NCBI RefSeq assembly: GCF_964204645.1
Contig: NC_134029.1
Location: 11,682,850-11,746,849 of the forward strand
Source of the DNA: Tubulanus polymorphus
Taxonomy: Eukaryota; Animalia; Nemertea
Direction: 5' to 3'
Length of the DNA: 64,000 nucleotides
Both the position numbers and the translations under genes were made by a program. Positions 49,401 through 59,085 of the stretch are shown in pieces. Positions within the stretch are counted from its first letter, which is position 1. Each line of letters opens with the position of its first letter. Under the pieces are notes generated by a model. It did no database searches and was not told where the DNA came from. It saw only the letters and a program-made list of their open reading frames with translations.

Positions 49401-50344
49401 TACATAGATATATTTCATTCAGTCAATCTAAATGGTTAGAAAAATATATAGATTTTAATACTACACAGAGAACTAAATCTAAAACTGATTTTGAAAAAGA
49501 TTTCTTCAAACTAATGAATAATGCATTCTATGGTAAGACTTGTGAAAACATAAGAAATAGAAGTGATATTGAGTTAGTTAGTAATGGTAAAAGAATTAGA
49601 CATTTACAATCGTATCCGAAATTTATAGGCAACAGAATATTCGATGAAAATTTAGCAGCAGTTAAATTAAAAAGAACTTCTATGAAGTTCAATAAACCAA
49701 TCTATGTTGGTGCATCAGTTCTAGAAATTTCAAAATTATTAATGTATCAATTTTACTATAACATATTACAACCCCATTTTGGAGAAAACAATATAGAAAT
49801 ATTATATCTAGATACTGACAGTTATATATTAAAGATAAAAAGTGATAATATAAAAGATGATTTAAAATCATTAAAACATCATTTTGATTTTAGTAACTAT
49901 CCAAAAAATCATGAATTGTTTAGCAATGATAATAAAAAAGTTCCTGGGAAGTTTAAGGATGAATTAGGTGGTGAAGAAATGATAGAGTTCATTGGTATTA
50001 GATCTAAAATGTATTCATATAAAACCAAAACTCATGAAGCTAAAAAGTTAAAAGGAATAACCAAAAGTGTAGTAGAAAAAAATATTCATTTTAAAGATTA
50101 CATCAATTGTATATTTAATGAAGAAGTTAGAAAACATAAAATGAAATGTTTAAGATCTGAAGATCATGAAATGTATATTGAAGAGATAGAGAAGATAAGT
50201 CTAAACCCATTTGATGATAAAAGATATATTTTAGATGATGGAATCCACACAGTCGCCTATGGTTGCAATTTAGATGAATATATAAAATTCAAAAGAGAAG
50301 AAACAAAAGAAAATGAGATTATGAAAAGGATTCTAACGTGTTAA
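46316..50344 (+). CDS. Protein-primed family B DNA polymerase (pPolB) with C2H2 fingers, OTU-like and EndoVII-like domains
   Basis: Exo I VIYGDFES, Exo II FHNLSGYD, Exo III YLKSDV; Pol A YIDANNLYG, Pol B KLMNNAFYGK, Pol C YLDTDS; CYYC...DHDHLNGKFRGAAHENCN insertion. Confidence 0.96.
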   Translation: MEANKYYCPTCNIDIDKSQKARHNKTRTHLENKLKLEYEDDILENKLEELKDEKETYKCDTCNQSFSDKRYYKEHLKSISHIRNKNNDILGEDYFDNDNDKKQKTIKRIKNKLNNKRPYMEDVRNYINSLDNKKDIEITEAFKSDIGPAAIEFKFHKGKTLEENKKHLENMKEIIKIITDVEYPKISISVKVKFIKSEDKPIYNINSHSQHIISKQHIDDKLNKCYNEIKSKIEEKYFEGSGLIFDEIIFMTLHVYNTKYNKLTKSKPIDENNVSYYKEPDIVASSYIKLPFKTNAVINIQNEDDKCFLWAIISCLHPTEDITHSFRLTHYKPFESNYKIDKYPVRIKNIPKIERDNNIKINVFDLIKLPNTKGNNIKHYTLEPLYLSKDYDSNDVIDILYYENHYMWIKQIDLFFKSENDHHKIYLCRKCLHRFSNESTLLNHKQLCDNHDYCKLVLPNEKDKILEFKKYDYKNKVPFVIYGDFESLNKELTDKDRKDIYYKRKKLNSNESDYSEDPPKTNTIKKIHQSAAAFGLYIKSNYPELIESEYYNYRNENVINHFCDLLIEYEIRFSKLLNTNKEIIMTEEDKEEFEFADKCYYCEKILNYKDKKVRDHDHLNGKFRGAAHENCNLQAKKINFVPVIFHNLSGYDAHLFIKQLCHKIEEINNEIEILNSNRSKDKIPTYKFRMLAKTSENYISFQFGCLRFIDSYRFLSSSLDNLSKSLVDDELKILKEYYPNYDDFKLMRYKGAIPYSFYKNHNDFNITELLKEQFYDELKNEYVKDEVYNRTLNIWNHFKIENHGQLVDLYLKSDVLLLTDIFERFRDVNLKYFNIDPCHCYSSPGLTWDCGLKFTDIKMDLLTNIDQLLLFEKSIRGGVSGVLGDRYFNVNDNPGYKLLYIDANNLYGWAMMEPQPYGMFEITEVLQIDKFDWKKRILDIADDSDTGYFFVVDLEYPENIKFKSRNLAYCPEHKTVKHEELSNYQKRIKPDNHIHTEKLMVTQEDKYNYVVHYRMLKFYLNQGMILKKVHRYISFSQSKWLEKYIDFNTTQRTKSKTDFEKDFFKLMNNAFYGKTCENIRNRSDIELVSNGKRIRHLQSYPKFIGNRIFDENLAAVKLKRTSMKFNKPIYVGASVLEISKLLMYQFYYNILQPHFGENNIEILYLDTDSYILKIKSDNIKDDLKSLKHHFDFSNYPKNHELFSNDNKKVPGKFKDELGGEEMIEFIGIRSKMYSYKTKTHEAKKLKGITKSVVEKNIHFKDYINCIFNEEVRKHKMKCLRSEDHEMYIEEIEKISLNPFDDKRYILDDGIHTVAYGCNLDEYIKFKREETKENEIMKRILTC

Positions 50345-50372
50345 TAAATTTCAATAAAAATTTGTATAATAA

Positions 50373-50714
50373 ATGGAGAGTAAACAAGTACACAGTGAAT
50401 TCTTAGATAGAATTAAAGATACTTCAAGCGTTAAATCTGTAGATTATAAATTCAAAAAGTTAACAGAATTAACAATTCACAAGAAATATTTAATTACTAA
50501 CATTGAAACAATTACTAATAAATATGGAGATAAATTAGTAATTCATTTAGAATATGAAGGATTAAAAGGAAATATATATAAATTCAGAACTTATTTACCA
50601 GATAGATTTCATAGATTATCAAGTGAAGATCTAGAAGAATTATGTTCTGGAGATTTCTATTTCGTATACAAAGGTAAGAATGAAAAAGGGCACCATGAAA
50701 TAGATTTCGAATGA
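50373..50714 (+). CDS. Small Polinton protein, possibly an OB-fold ssDNA-binding protein
   Basis: Intact ORF with TAAATG start next to pPolB; KKL.EL...Y.I...NKYG...YLP.RF pattern; function is inference. Confidence 0.55.
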   Translation: MESKQVHSEFLDRIKDTSSVKSVDYKFKKLTELTIHKKYLITNIETITNKYGDKLVIHLEYEGLKGNIYKFRTYLPDRFHRLSSEDLEELCSGDFYFVYKGKNEKGHHEIDFE

Positions 50715-50729
50715 AAATATGTAAAATAA

Positions 50730-51487
50730 ATGGTAGAATTAAAAGAATACAGAATATTTGTAGATTCTAGAAAACTTACAAATTATAAATCTCATAATTT
50801 ATTAGTACAATTAGATAGAGAATTCAAGAATTGTGTAGATTTAAAATTAGTAAATATAAGTTTATGTAATTCTTTTTATAATATATCGAATAAAACTATT
50901 GAACATAATACTTTTTTAATTCATATTAGAAATATAAATAAATGGTTTCATCTATTTCTAAGACCAGGATTATATAATTTAGAAACATTATCTCAAGAAA
51001 TTAATCGTAGAGCACGGTTGAAAATTAGAAAAGATGATAAATTTTTAATAAGATTTATAAAAAGTGATAGCTCAAATAGAATTAAAATAAAGGTATTTGA
51101 TGAAAGTCAACATGCATTTATGGTAAAAAAACCTATAGCTAAATTGCTAGGAATTGAACCAGATGTTGTTACTGTAAACGTAGAAGGTATTTCAAATATA
51201 ATACCTTTTACACATTTTTATATTTATTGCAATTTAATTGACCCAACAAAAACATTTGAAGCAACTAAAGATACAACATGTAATTCTAGTATATTAAATA
51301 TTTTACCATTAAAAAATGTTAAAGAATTTGGAACGCAAATAAATTATAATTTAACAGAATGTGATTTCAAACCATGCATTCCTAGTTTTAATAATTTTAG
51401 ATTAGAAATTAGAAATCATAATGGATACTTAATTGATTTAAAAATTTCCCTGTAATTTATGAATTAGTTATAAGATGTAAAGAGTAA
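50730..51487 (+). CDS. Minor capsid (penton-like) protein; probable 1-nt frameshift near 51440
   Basis: IFVDSR...NSFYNI...PGLYN...FYIYCNLID...LEIRNHNGYLID pattern; restoring one T gives a FPVIYELVI terminal strand ending at TAA 51487. Confidence 0.75.
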
Positions 51488-51504
51488 TTTTTTTCACTAT
51501 ATAA

Positions 51505-51846
51505 ATGAATATAACTGTTGGACCGAGTATATGTTTTGGGTTTGATTTTAAACATGGTAAAGAAATGAGAATTAAACTAAATGATGTAATTACTGATATA
51601 AAAAGTAAATCATTTAACAATGCATCAATGATTGATAAAGAAAAGTATAATATAGAAAAAGTAATTGATTTAATTAAATCACCTTTAGAATATTATGAAT
51701 TAAATGAAGATGGAATTATTGAAGATATTAAAAACATATTATCCAAAATATATGATAATCATAAAACTAGTAATGAAATAAATGTTGAATTAATCATAAA
51801 TAAGTTAACTAAATATTTTGAAGATAGTAATTTTTTTGATAAATAA
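51505..51846 (+). CDS. Hypothetical protein
   Basis: Intact ORF, shared start motif, tight gene packing. Confidence 0.65.
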   Translation: MNITVGPSICFGFDFKHGKEMRIKLNDVITDIKSKSFNNASMIDKEKYNIEKVIDLIKSPLEYYELNEDGIIEDIKNILSKIYDNHKTSNEINVELIINKLTKYFEDSNFFDK

Positions 51847-52068
51847 ATGAGTGATAATAAGTGGATAATAACTGGATTATATAATGGCGCATTACTATCA
51901 GTTGGAACGGTTGGTTATTCAATGGTATTAAAAAAAGTATTCAAAATGGGAAGTGTTAATGTTGATAGATTTGATATAAATGATATTTTGAAATTAACAT
52001 TAGCAGTTACTTTATCTAATTTAACTATTGATTATTTGGAAAAACAAAAATATATTCCTCCCATATAA
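51847..52068 (+). CDS. Small hydrophobic (putative membrane) protein
   Basis: Two hydrophobic segments; shared start motif. Confidence 0.65.
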   Translation: MSDNKWIITGLYNGALLSVGTVGYSMVLKKVFKMGSVNVDRFDINDILKLTLAVTLSNLTIDYLEKQKYIPPI

Positions 52069-52092
52069 ATGCATAATTTTTTTGCTAAATAA

Positions 52093-52515
52093 ATGGCTTC
52101 TGCAATTATAACTATTATAGGATCGGCAATCGTTAACGCTTTAGCATTTACTGGTGGTGGTTATTTATTTAAACATATTGATAAAAATAGTTCATTAGGA
52201 GAACAAAGAAGACATAACTTAGCGTTAGAGAAATACAATAAAGCTGCAGAAGAATATAGAGAAAAGAGACAAAACTATATGGATTACATCAATAAAGAAT
52301 TATATGATCAGAAGATTTCACATAGAGATTTTCAATCAGTTGATGATGCAATGAGTTTATATAACACAGTAACAAATAAAGAAAAATTACATCTATACAA
52401 ACCTAAATTATCAGATTATTATACCCCAAGTAAAGAACAACAGAAATATGAAATAATATGGATTTTAGGTGGAACAGTTATTGTTATATTTGTTGCTTAT
52501 AAGTTTACTAATTAG
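52093..52515 (+). CDS. Putative membrane protein (N- and C-terminal hydrophobic segments, central coiled coil)
   Basis: MASAIITIIGSAIVNALAFTGG...RRHNLALE...IIWILGGTVIVIFVAY. Confidence 0.75.
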   Translation: MASAIITIIGSAIVNALAFTGGGYLFKHIDKNSSLGEQRRHNLALEKYNKAAEEYREKRQNYMDYINKELYDQKISHRDFQSVDDAMSLYNTVTNKEKLHLYKPKLSDYYTPSKEQQKYEIIWILGGTVIVIFVAYKFTN

Positions 52516-52534
52516 TAATTTTTATTCTAAATAA

Positions 52535-52969
52535 ATGGAAGATAAAGTTGATAGTATTGATATTATTCCTCATGATATAAATAAAACTAAATTAAAAACA
52601 TATTTAGAAAAACAAATATTAGAATTTGAAAGTGACTTAAAGATAAAAAAGAAAAAATATTTAAAAAGTAAAATTATATATTATTTGATTATAAGTGGTT
52701 CGGTTACAATTAGTTCTGTAATAACATTTCTAGCAATATTCAGTCCATTAACACCTTTAGCTATATCAATTGGTGTGTTAGGATTAAGTTCAAGTGTTTT
52801 AACCGGTATAAGTTCAAAATTAAATATAAAAAGTAATAAAGAAAAAATAAAATCTAATATAAAAGAAATTAATAAATTAAAGAACACACTAGATTATATA
52901 ATAAGTTTAAATGGTCATATAACAGTTGAAGAACAAGATAAATTATTAAAAGAATTGATAAATTATTAA
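52535..52969 (+). CDS. Putative two-TM coiled-coil protein
   Basis: Hydrophobic hairpin IIYYLII...ISIGVLGLSSSVLTGI between coiled coils. Confidence 0.75.
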   Translation: MEDKVDSIDIIPHDINKTKLKTYLEKQILEFESDLKIKKKKYLKSKIIYYLIISGSVTISSVITFLAIFSPLTPLAISIGVLGLSSSVLTGISSKLNIKSNKEKIKSNIKEINKLKNTLDYIISLNGHITVEEQDKLLKELINY

Positions 52970-52985
52970 TTTTTTAATTATATAA

Positions 52986-54374
52986 ATGGTAGATAGTTTT
53001 CCAAAAGCTTTCCAATATAATAAATCAATTAAATATAATATTCCAGCAATAGATTTTAATAAAGATATTACATATAGAAATGAAGTTTTAGATTCATTAA
53101 TTGATTTATATATTTATGTTACTGAAACTATTTATTTTAATGCAAAGATGGAAAATATATTTCATGTATATTTAATTAATTTTAAAAAATTGAAAGATGA
53201 AAAACAATGGTTATTAAAATCTTATATAAAGTATTGGCAGAACCAATTAAATTTTGCTGTTTATTGTGCAACAACAGGATGTGGAATTAGTTGGAATGAT
53301 CATTTGAATAATTCTAAATATAAACTAATTCAAAGTTTATTTAGATTTCATACATACTTTCAAATCAGAATAATATTAAATGAATTAGAGTGCGCTTTAC
53401 CAGGATCTAGGTATTTTAAAGAATTAGATAATAATATTAATTTATCTAAGTTTTATAAAATTTGCAATGAATTTAATATAAATATAAATAATTCTGATTT
53501 TAGAACAAAAATTGGAACAATAAGATCACTTCCTTGCCCTAGAAAGATTGCAGAATATTGTGCTCTTCCCATACCATCTAATAGTTTTTATAATATCTAT
53601 AATAAAAAATTAGGTTATGGTAAAATAGAAACAAAGGATTTAGAAACATTAAATTTCAATAAATTACCAAAATTTTATGATAATTTAAAACAAGAAAACA
53701 ATAATGGTTGGGTTTATTTTATTTTAGAAAATAGTGAAGGTTTTACTAAATCAGGTATAGAAAGAATAAATCAATCTATTAGAACTTATTTGATATGTAT
53801 TTTAGGTGCGCAAGTTGAAACAAGATCACCGATAATTGGAAATTTGAATACATCATTCGATACACAAAAACAGTTTAAAGTTTTATTTGAAGATTCCATA
53901 CATAATGATAAAAATAGATCGATTCCAGAAAACATTATAAGATATCAAAATTATTTAGATAAATCTCATGTAAGACTTAATTATTGTATAGGCACTAATC
54001 TATTAATTATTTCTAATGATTTAGTATTAAAGATGGGAAACATAATTGGTTATAATAATCTAATTAAAACTGCAACAATAAATAATTCATTTGGATTGAA
54101 TGATATAAATAAAAAGATTATTACTGCTCCAAAATTAATGGAAGGTGAAAAAAATAAAAAACATATTCAATCAACAGAAACTAAAACTAATAATATTAAA
54201 TTAAATAATGATTCTAAAATAAAAGATTACAATACATCAGAAAATATAAAAACTGATAATATTCAACATGATATAATTAAACTAAATGATGATAATAAAT
54301 CCCATGAAAATACTAAATTAGCTATAACTTGTATAGGAATTGTAATCGGAGGAATATTATATTTTAAATTTTAA
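52986..54374 (+). CDS. Uncharacterised protein with C-terminal TM anchor
   Basis: 462 aa; YWQNQLNFAVYCATTGCGIS block; ends LAITCIGIVIGGILYFKF. Confidence 0.8.
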   Translation: MVDSFPKAFQYNKSIKYNIPAIDFNKDITYRNEVLDSLIDLYIYVTETIYFNAKMENIFHVYLINFKKLKDEKQWLLKSYIKYWQNQLNFAVYCATTGCGISWNDHLNNSKYKLIQSLFRFHTYFQIRIILNELECALPGSRYFKELDNNINLSKFYKICNEFNININNSDFRTKIGTIRSLPCPRKIAEYCALPIPSNSFYNIYNKKLGYGKIETKDLETLNFNKLPKFYDNLKQENNNGWVYFILENSEGFTKSGIERINQSIRTYLICILGAQVETRSPIIGNLNTSFDTQKQFKVLFEDSIHNDKNRSIPENIIRYQNYLDKSHVRLNYCIGTNLLIISNDLVLKMGNIIGYNNLIKTATINNSFGLNDINKKIITAPKLMEGEKNKKHIQSTETKTNNIKLNNDSKIKDYNTSENIKTDNIQHDIIKLNDDNKSHENTKLAITCIGIVIGGILYFKF

Positions 54375-54390
54375 TTTTTTTATTATGTAA

Positions 54391-56067
54391 ATGGATGTAG
54401 AAGGTGGAGAAGATTATGAAATGGGAGAAATGGGAAATAATAATGAAGGATATATTGATGATGATTATAATGATGCAGAAACTAATATTGATAATAATGA
54501 TGAATCAGCATATAATACTAATTTAGGTGAAGATGATGATTCCGAATTACGTGAAAAATTAAATAAATATTTAGAAGCTCCTGAAAGGGGTAGAATTTCA
54601 ACTAGAAGAGAAAGAAAAGAATTTATGGAACTATTAGTAAAAGAACAAGAAAAATATCCTGATAAACCTATGGAATTATATAGAATGAAATCTAGAGTAA
54701 CAGATACAATTGTTAACGAATTATTACCAAAAGTTGTAATAGATGAAATTGATACTGAAGATGTTGTAGAACAAACTTTTAAAGATGACCCATATTTCAC
54801 AAATAATTTAGAATTTAAAAATGATGCATGGTATTATAATCTTGATTTAAATAGGAATACTGTATCAATTCAATTATCTAGAATGGGTCAAGAAAATATT
54901 TTTGAACCTGGAATGCGAGCATTATCTACAATTGAAGGTTCAAAAGGTGGTAGAGAATTTCTCAGAATTATATGGAATGCAATCGATAGAATAAATGAAG
55001 AAGAACCAATTCCTAAAATTGATATAAACAAATATTCACCATTTAAAAATCCAAATCCAAATCCTACTGATGTTGATCCAGAAACTGATGAAGATTTTGC
55101 ACATCGATTAGATAAATTAAGATCTTCAACACCCGAAACATCGAGAAGAGACACTCAACAAATTGATAATGATTCAAGTCAATTACAATTAACATTAGAA
55201 AAACAAATTGATAGATTAAGAGATTCAGAAGAACTGATGAATAGTATATCAGATACATCTGGTTCTGAAACTGGAATAAATCGAATACAATCTTTACTAG
55301 AAAAAGGATTACTTGATTTAACTGATGAAGAATTAGAAGCATTTCCTGAAAAAACACGTAGAGAAATTAAAGGTATGCAAGAATCAGCTGGTGAAATTGC
55401 TAATATTAAGATGAGATTTTCTAAAATAACCATGTTAGAAAAAGAATTAACTAATGCAAATGAAGAATTAAAACAATTAGAATTAAATAGAGATCTTCAA
55501 TTAATCGAGGAAGCTGATTTTGAAAGCAGAAAGTTAGCTTTAGAAAAAGAAATAGATGATTTAAAATATAACAAAGAATAACAGGAAAAAGAAAGAGATA
55601 TATTATTAAAATCATATGATCTTAATCATATTAAAAAATTAAAAGTTATTTTTAAAGATTTGTTGATAAAACCAAATTCTGAAATATAATTAAAAGACAG
55701 AATAAAGTTATTATTTAAATTAGAAGGAATAACAATTCTTTCAATTCTAACAGCTGTAACTATGTTATTTACAACAATAGGTTTAGCTATATCAAATGCT
55801 TTAAAATCTACTCCTACTCCCAATAAACCAGATAAACCTCCAGGTAATAATTCTATACAAGATAAAGTTAAGGATGGTTTAAAGAACTATCTAAAAAATC
55901 TGCTGCAGCATTGCCAGGAGTTATTGCTTCAATTGTTGGTTTTATATTGAAATCTGCAGGAAACATTATTAACTTTGCTGCTGAACATATTATTTTATTT
56001 TTAATTACAGTTGTAAGTGCTATTATTTTTGGGTTAGTAAATATGATATCAAAAAATATCAAGTAAA
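54391..56067 (+). pseudogene. Acidic coiled-coil protein with C-terminal multi-TM region; two in-frame TAA and a frameshift
   Basis: Frame continues past TAA 55581 and TAA ~55689 into LKDRIKLLFKLEGITILSILTAVTM..., then shifts to KSAAALPGVIASIVGFILK...HIILFLITVVSAIIFG. Confidence 0.7.
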
Positions 56068-56110
56068 CCATGATATCAAAAAATAAATAATTAATTTTTT
56101 TGTTAAATAA

Positions 56111-57358
56111 ATGAGTGGGAGTTATATCAGTCCTTCTAAGATTTCTAGAATATCTAATGCTATTAAAGCAGAAAGATCACATCATATAATTACTCATAAC
56201 CCTTCAAATATTAATCCCGATGAAACTTTATACGTTAGAATCCCTCGATTAACACAAAATACTTTTTATGTTCCAAACAGTATTTATTTATCAGCTGATA
56301 TAAAAGTAATCGGTAATAATAATAATTATGTCGTTGATAATGTTGGAAGATATTTGATTAAAAAGTTAACAATAAAGATTGGTCCAGAAACAGTTTTCTC
56401 ATTAGATGATTATAATTTATTTATGCATTATAAAGATTTATGGTTAACTAAAGAAAATAGAAATAATATGATATTTCAAGGCATCCAATCAGAAAACCAA
56501 AATAAATTAAGATCAGAAGCTAATAGCGCAATATTAACAAATGATGTAGATAAATTGATAAAAAGTATATATGGAAGCAAATATAAAATTCCATTAGACT
56601 TTGAATTGATAAATAATAATGCACCTTTATATAAATACGCAATTCAAGAAGATATTATATTTGAGATAACATTTGCTCCTGTAAATGAAATTGTATTATC
56701 TAGCGTTGTTAAAGATATGAGTTATAAATTATCGAATATATGTTTAGAATATGATACAGTAACTGATGAAAATATTTCAAGTATAATTCAAACTCAATAC
56801 AATCAAGGATTTTCATTATTATATGATTATATTGATAAATTTAAAACTGTAACTATTAATGCAAATGATGAAATAATTAATGAGAATATTAACTTCCCTA
56901 GAAGATCTATTAAAGGTATATTAATATTTTTTACTATTGGAACATATACTAATGGCGCAATAAATGTTGACAATTATTATAATCCTGAAATAACAAAAGT
57001 AGAAATAACTATCGAAGGTATAGCGAATAAAATATTTTGTCAAGGAATGAGAATGATTGATCAATGGGTAGAAATTAAAAAACATTTTATGAATGAAAAA
57101 ATAAAATCATTTGAAAATTGTAACATTAATCAAATTGATTATTATACCGGTAATAAATATGCATTATGGTTAGATTTTAGAACAACAGAGGATAATTCAT
57201 TACATGGTTCTGGAAAAAAACTACAAAATACAAAAGATGGAATACAATTATTCATGACAAAGAAAAAGGGAATCAAAAATTTTAAAATGCACATTTATAT
57301 TATATCTGACGCGCAATTAAATATTGTAAATTCACAATTAGATAGTGTTATGTATTAA
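56111..57358 (+). CDS. Major capsid protein (double jelly-roll, putative)
   Basis: 415 aa, beta-rich; HNPSNINPDETLYVRIP...LIKKLTIKIG...YKLSNICLEYD...YIISDAQLNI; size and context fit a Polinton MCP. Confidence 0.8.
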   Translation: MSGSYISPSKISRISNAIKAERSHHIITHNPSNINPDETLYVRIPRLTQNTFYVPNSIYLSADIKVIGNNNNYVVDNVGRYLIKKLTIKIGPETVFSLDDYNLFMHYKDLWLTKENRNNMIFQGIQSENQNKLRSEANSAILTNDVDKLIKSIYGSKYKIPLDFELINNNAPLYKYAIQEDIIFEITFAPVNEIVLSSVVKDMSYKLSNICLEYDTVTDENISSIIQTQYNQGFSLLYDYIDKFKTVTINANDEIINENINFPRRSIKGILIFFTIGTYTNGAINVDNYYNPEITKVEITIEGIANKIFCQGMRMIDQWVEIKKHFMNEKIKSFENCNINQIDYYTGNKYALWLDFRTTEDNSLHGSGKKLQNTKDGIQLFMTKKKGIKNFKMHIYIISDAQLNIVNSQLDSVMY

Positions 57359-57390
57359 AATTTTAACTTTAATAAAAATATATATAATAA

Positions 57391-58314
57391 ATGGAAGGAG
57401 GTAAAGTATATAAACATATTCCATACATCGATACACATGAAAATAATGATGGTTTATATTATGTAATACCTTGTAATATAGCTTTGATATTTGATCCTAT
57501 TTTTAAAAATTATAAAACTAAACTGATAGAAATCGATAATAATAAAAGTGGTGTTGTTAATAATAATGTAATACCTACTACTACATCTGTAATACCTACT
57601 ACTACATCTGTAATACCTACTACATCTGTAATACCTACTACATCTAATAACGTAATACCTTCTACATATAATAATGCAATATTATTAGATGTTAGTGAAA
57701 ATAGAAATTATTGTGGTTATTGTAATGGTGAATTTTCAAACGCTCCATCAAATTGGAATAAACATATGAATACAAATTCACATATTACTAATGTTATAGA
57801 ACGTGTTGGTAAAAAAGAATTTATAGAACACCCATTTAGATATGTTACAAAATTTGTTTCAAATAAAAAAGTAAATGGTGAAAAAATATATGAAGATTTA
57901 TTATTAGCAACACCTAATAAAGATGAATTAGATTTAACCGATGCTAATGAAATATTAGGATCAAACACTGTAAATGAAATATTAGGAGCAAACACTAATA
58001 AAGATGATAATGAAAATGATGCCATACACCCACATGACCCACATGATGATATAGTTACAGTTAAACATATTGATAATAAAGATTCTATAAAACTTAAAGT
58101 AGAAAATAATAATAAATTTGATTGGAAGAATAAGTTTAAAAATGAAACAACTATTGATGATTTAGTAAAAAATATGAAAAAAGTGAAAAAGGTGAAAAAG
58201 GTGAAAAAAAATTATAAAGATGGTGATGTAGATTCGGTAGAGCATTTAAATATGTTGTTAGAGCCGTCTGATAGTGAAAGTGATTCAGAAATTGATTATC
58301 TAAAACTCGAATAA
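57391..58314 (+). CDS. Zinc-finger protein with Thr-rich tandem repeat
   Basis: (VIPTTTS)n repeat, CGYC...H...H finger, KKVKKVKK basic patch. Confidence 0.7.
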   Translation: MEGGKVYKHIPYIDTHENNDGLYYVIPCNIALIFDPIFKNYKTKLIEIDNNKSGVVNNNVIPTTTSVIPTTTSVIPTTSVIPTTSNNVIPSTYNNAILLDVSENRNYCGYCNGEFSNAPSNWNKHMNTNSHITNVIERVGKKEFIEHPFRYVTKFVSNKKVNGEKIYEDLLLATPNKDELDLTDANEILGSNTVNEILGANTNKDDNENDAIHPHDPHDDIVTVKHIDNKDSIKLKVENNNKFDWKNKFKNETTIDDLVKNMKKVKKVKKVKKNYKDGDVDSVEHLNMLLEPSDSESDSEIDYLKLE

Positions 58315-58372
58315 TAAAGGTTGAAAATTGTATAAAATAATAGTAAATAAAAAAGGGGGTTTAAATTATTTA

Positions 58373-58463
58373 AGGTATCTAATAGGGTATCAGGTATTAG
58401 GGTATCAGGTATTAGGGTATCAGGTATTGGGGTATATAATAGGGTATCTAATACATAGGTATA
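58373..58463 (+). repeat. 15-bp minisatellite at the convergence of the two transcription blocks
   Basis: (AGGGTATCAGGTATT)n, about 3 full and several degenerate units. Confidence 0.85.
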
Positions 58464-58470
58464 CAAATAG

Positions 58471-59085
58471 TTATTTTATAAACTTATATTCATATGGAAA
58501 TTGTAATCTCATAAGTAATTTTGAACCTTTATTATTTTTTAATTTATTCATATATTCATCATGTAATTCAGGAGGTATAATTTGATTTTCTTCTAATGAT
58601 TGTTGCATAGATTTTTTATCTTTGTTGTAGAATAAAACTAGAAATCTTATATTCTCTCTAAAATCTTTAACAATTGAATTATATTTCTGATTTAAAACCC
58701 AAGTTGTTATACCAAAATGTCTACCAGAGAAAGCTAAATAACATAACTCACTTTCTCTAATTTTAGAATCATGTAAATTTGCGCAATCATCGATAATAAA
58801 TAATGTATTAGATCCTTTATAAATATCTAATGCAATTTTTATACAATTATCTAAATTATCTTTTACTGTTTTAGAATTTAATATAATAAAATTTTTATCT
58901 TTAAAAACTATATCTCTATTATACGTTTCATTCATTTCATAAGTAGGACAGAATAATATTATATTATCAAAATGATTTTTATAAATAGTTTCTAACAAGT
59001 CTAATATGAAATGTGTTTTACCACAATTCGTAACTCCAGTAACTAACATATTATGCGGTTCAAATATAAATAAATCTTTATTCAT
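58471..59085 (-). CDS. Genome-packaging ATPase (A32/FtsK-HerA family)
   Basis: Walker A GVTNCGKT, Walker B LFIIDD, SGRHFGITTWVLNQ motif. Confidence 0.92.
   Translation of the reverse strand: MNKDLFIFEPHNMLVTGVTNCGKTHFILDLLETIYKNHFDNIILFCPTYEMNETYNRDIVFKDKNFIILNSKTVKDNLDNCIKIALDIYKGSNTLFIIDDCANLHDSKIRESELCYLAFSGRHFGITTWVLNQKYNSIVKDFRENIRFLVLFYNKDKKSMQQSLEENQIIPPELHDEYMNKLKNNKGSKLLMRLQFPYEYKFIK

Noticed and set aside
52681-58025. Antisense ORFs within Polinton genes (52681, 54465, 54888, 55064, 55179, 55626, 55868, 57717)
   Set aside because: Shadow frames of AT-rich coding sequence lacking the shared start motif
58328-58585. 85-aa ORF with GYQVL repeats
   Set aside because: Translation of the 15-bp minisatellite; TTG start; overlaps the ATPase antisense
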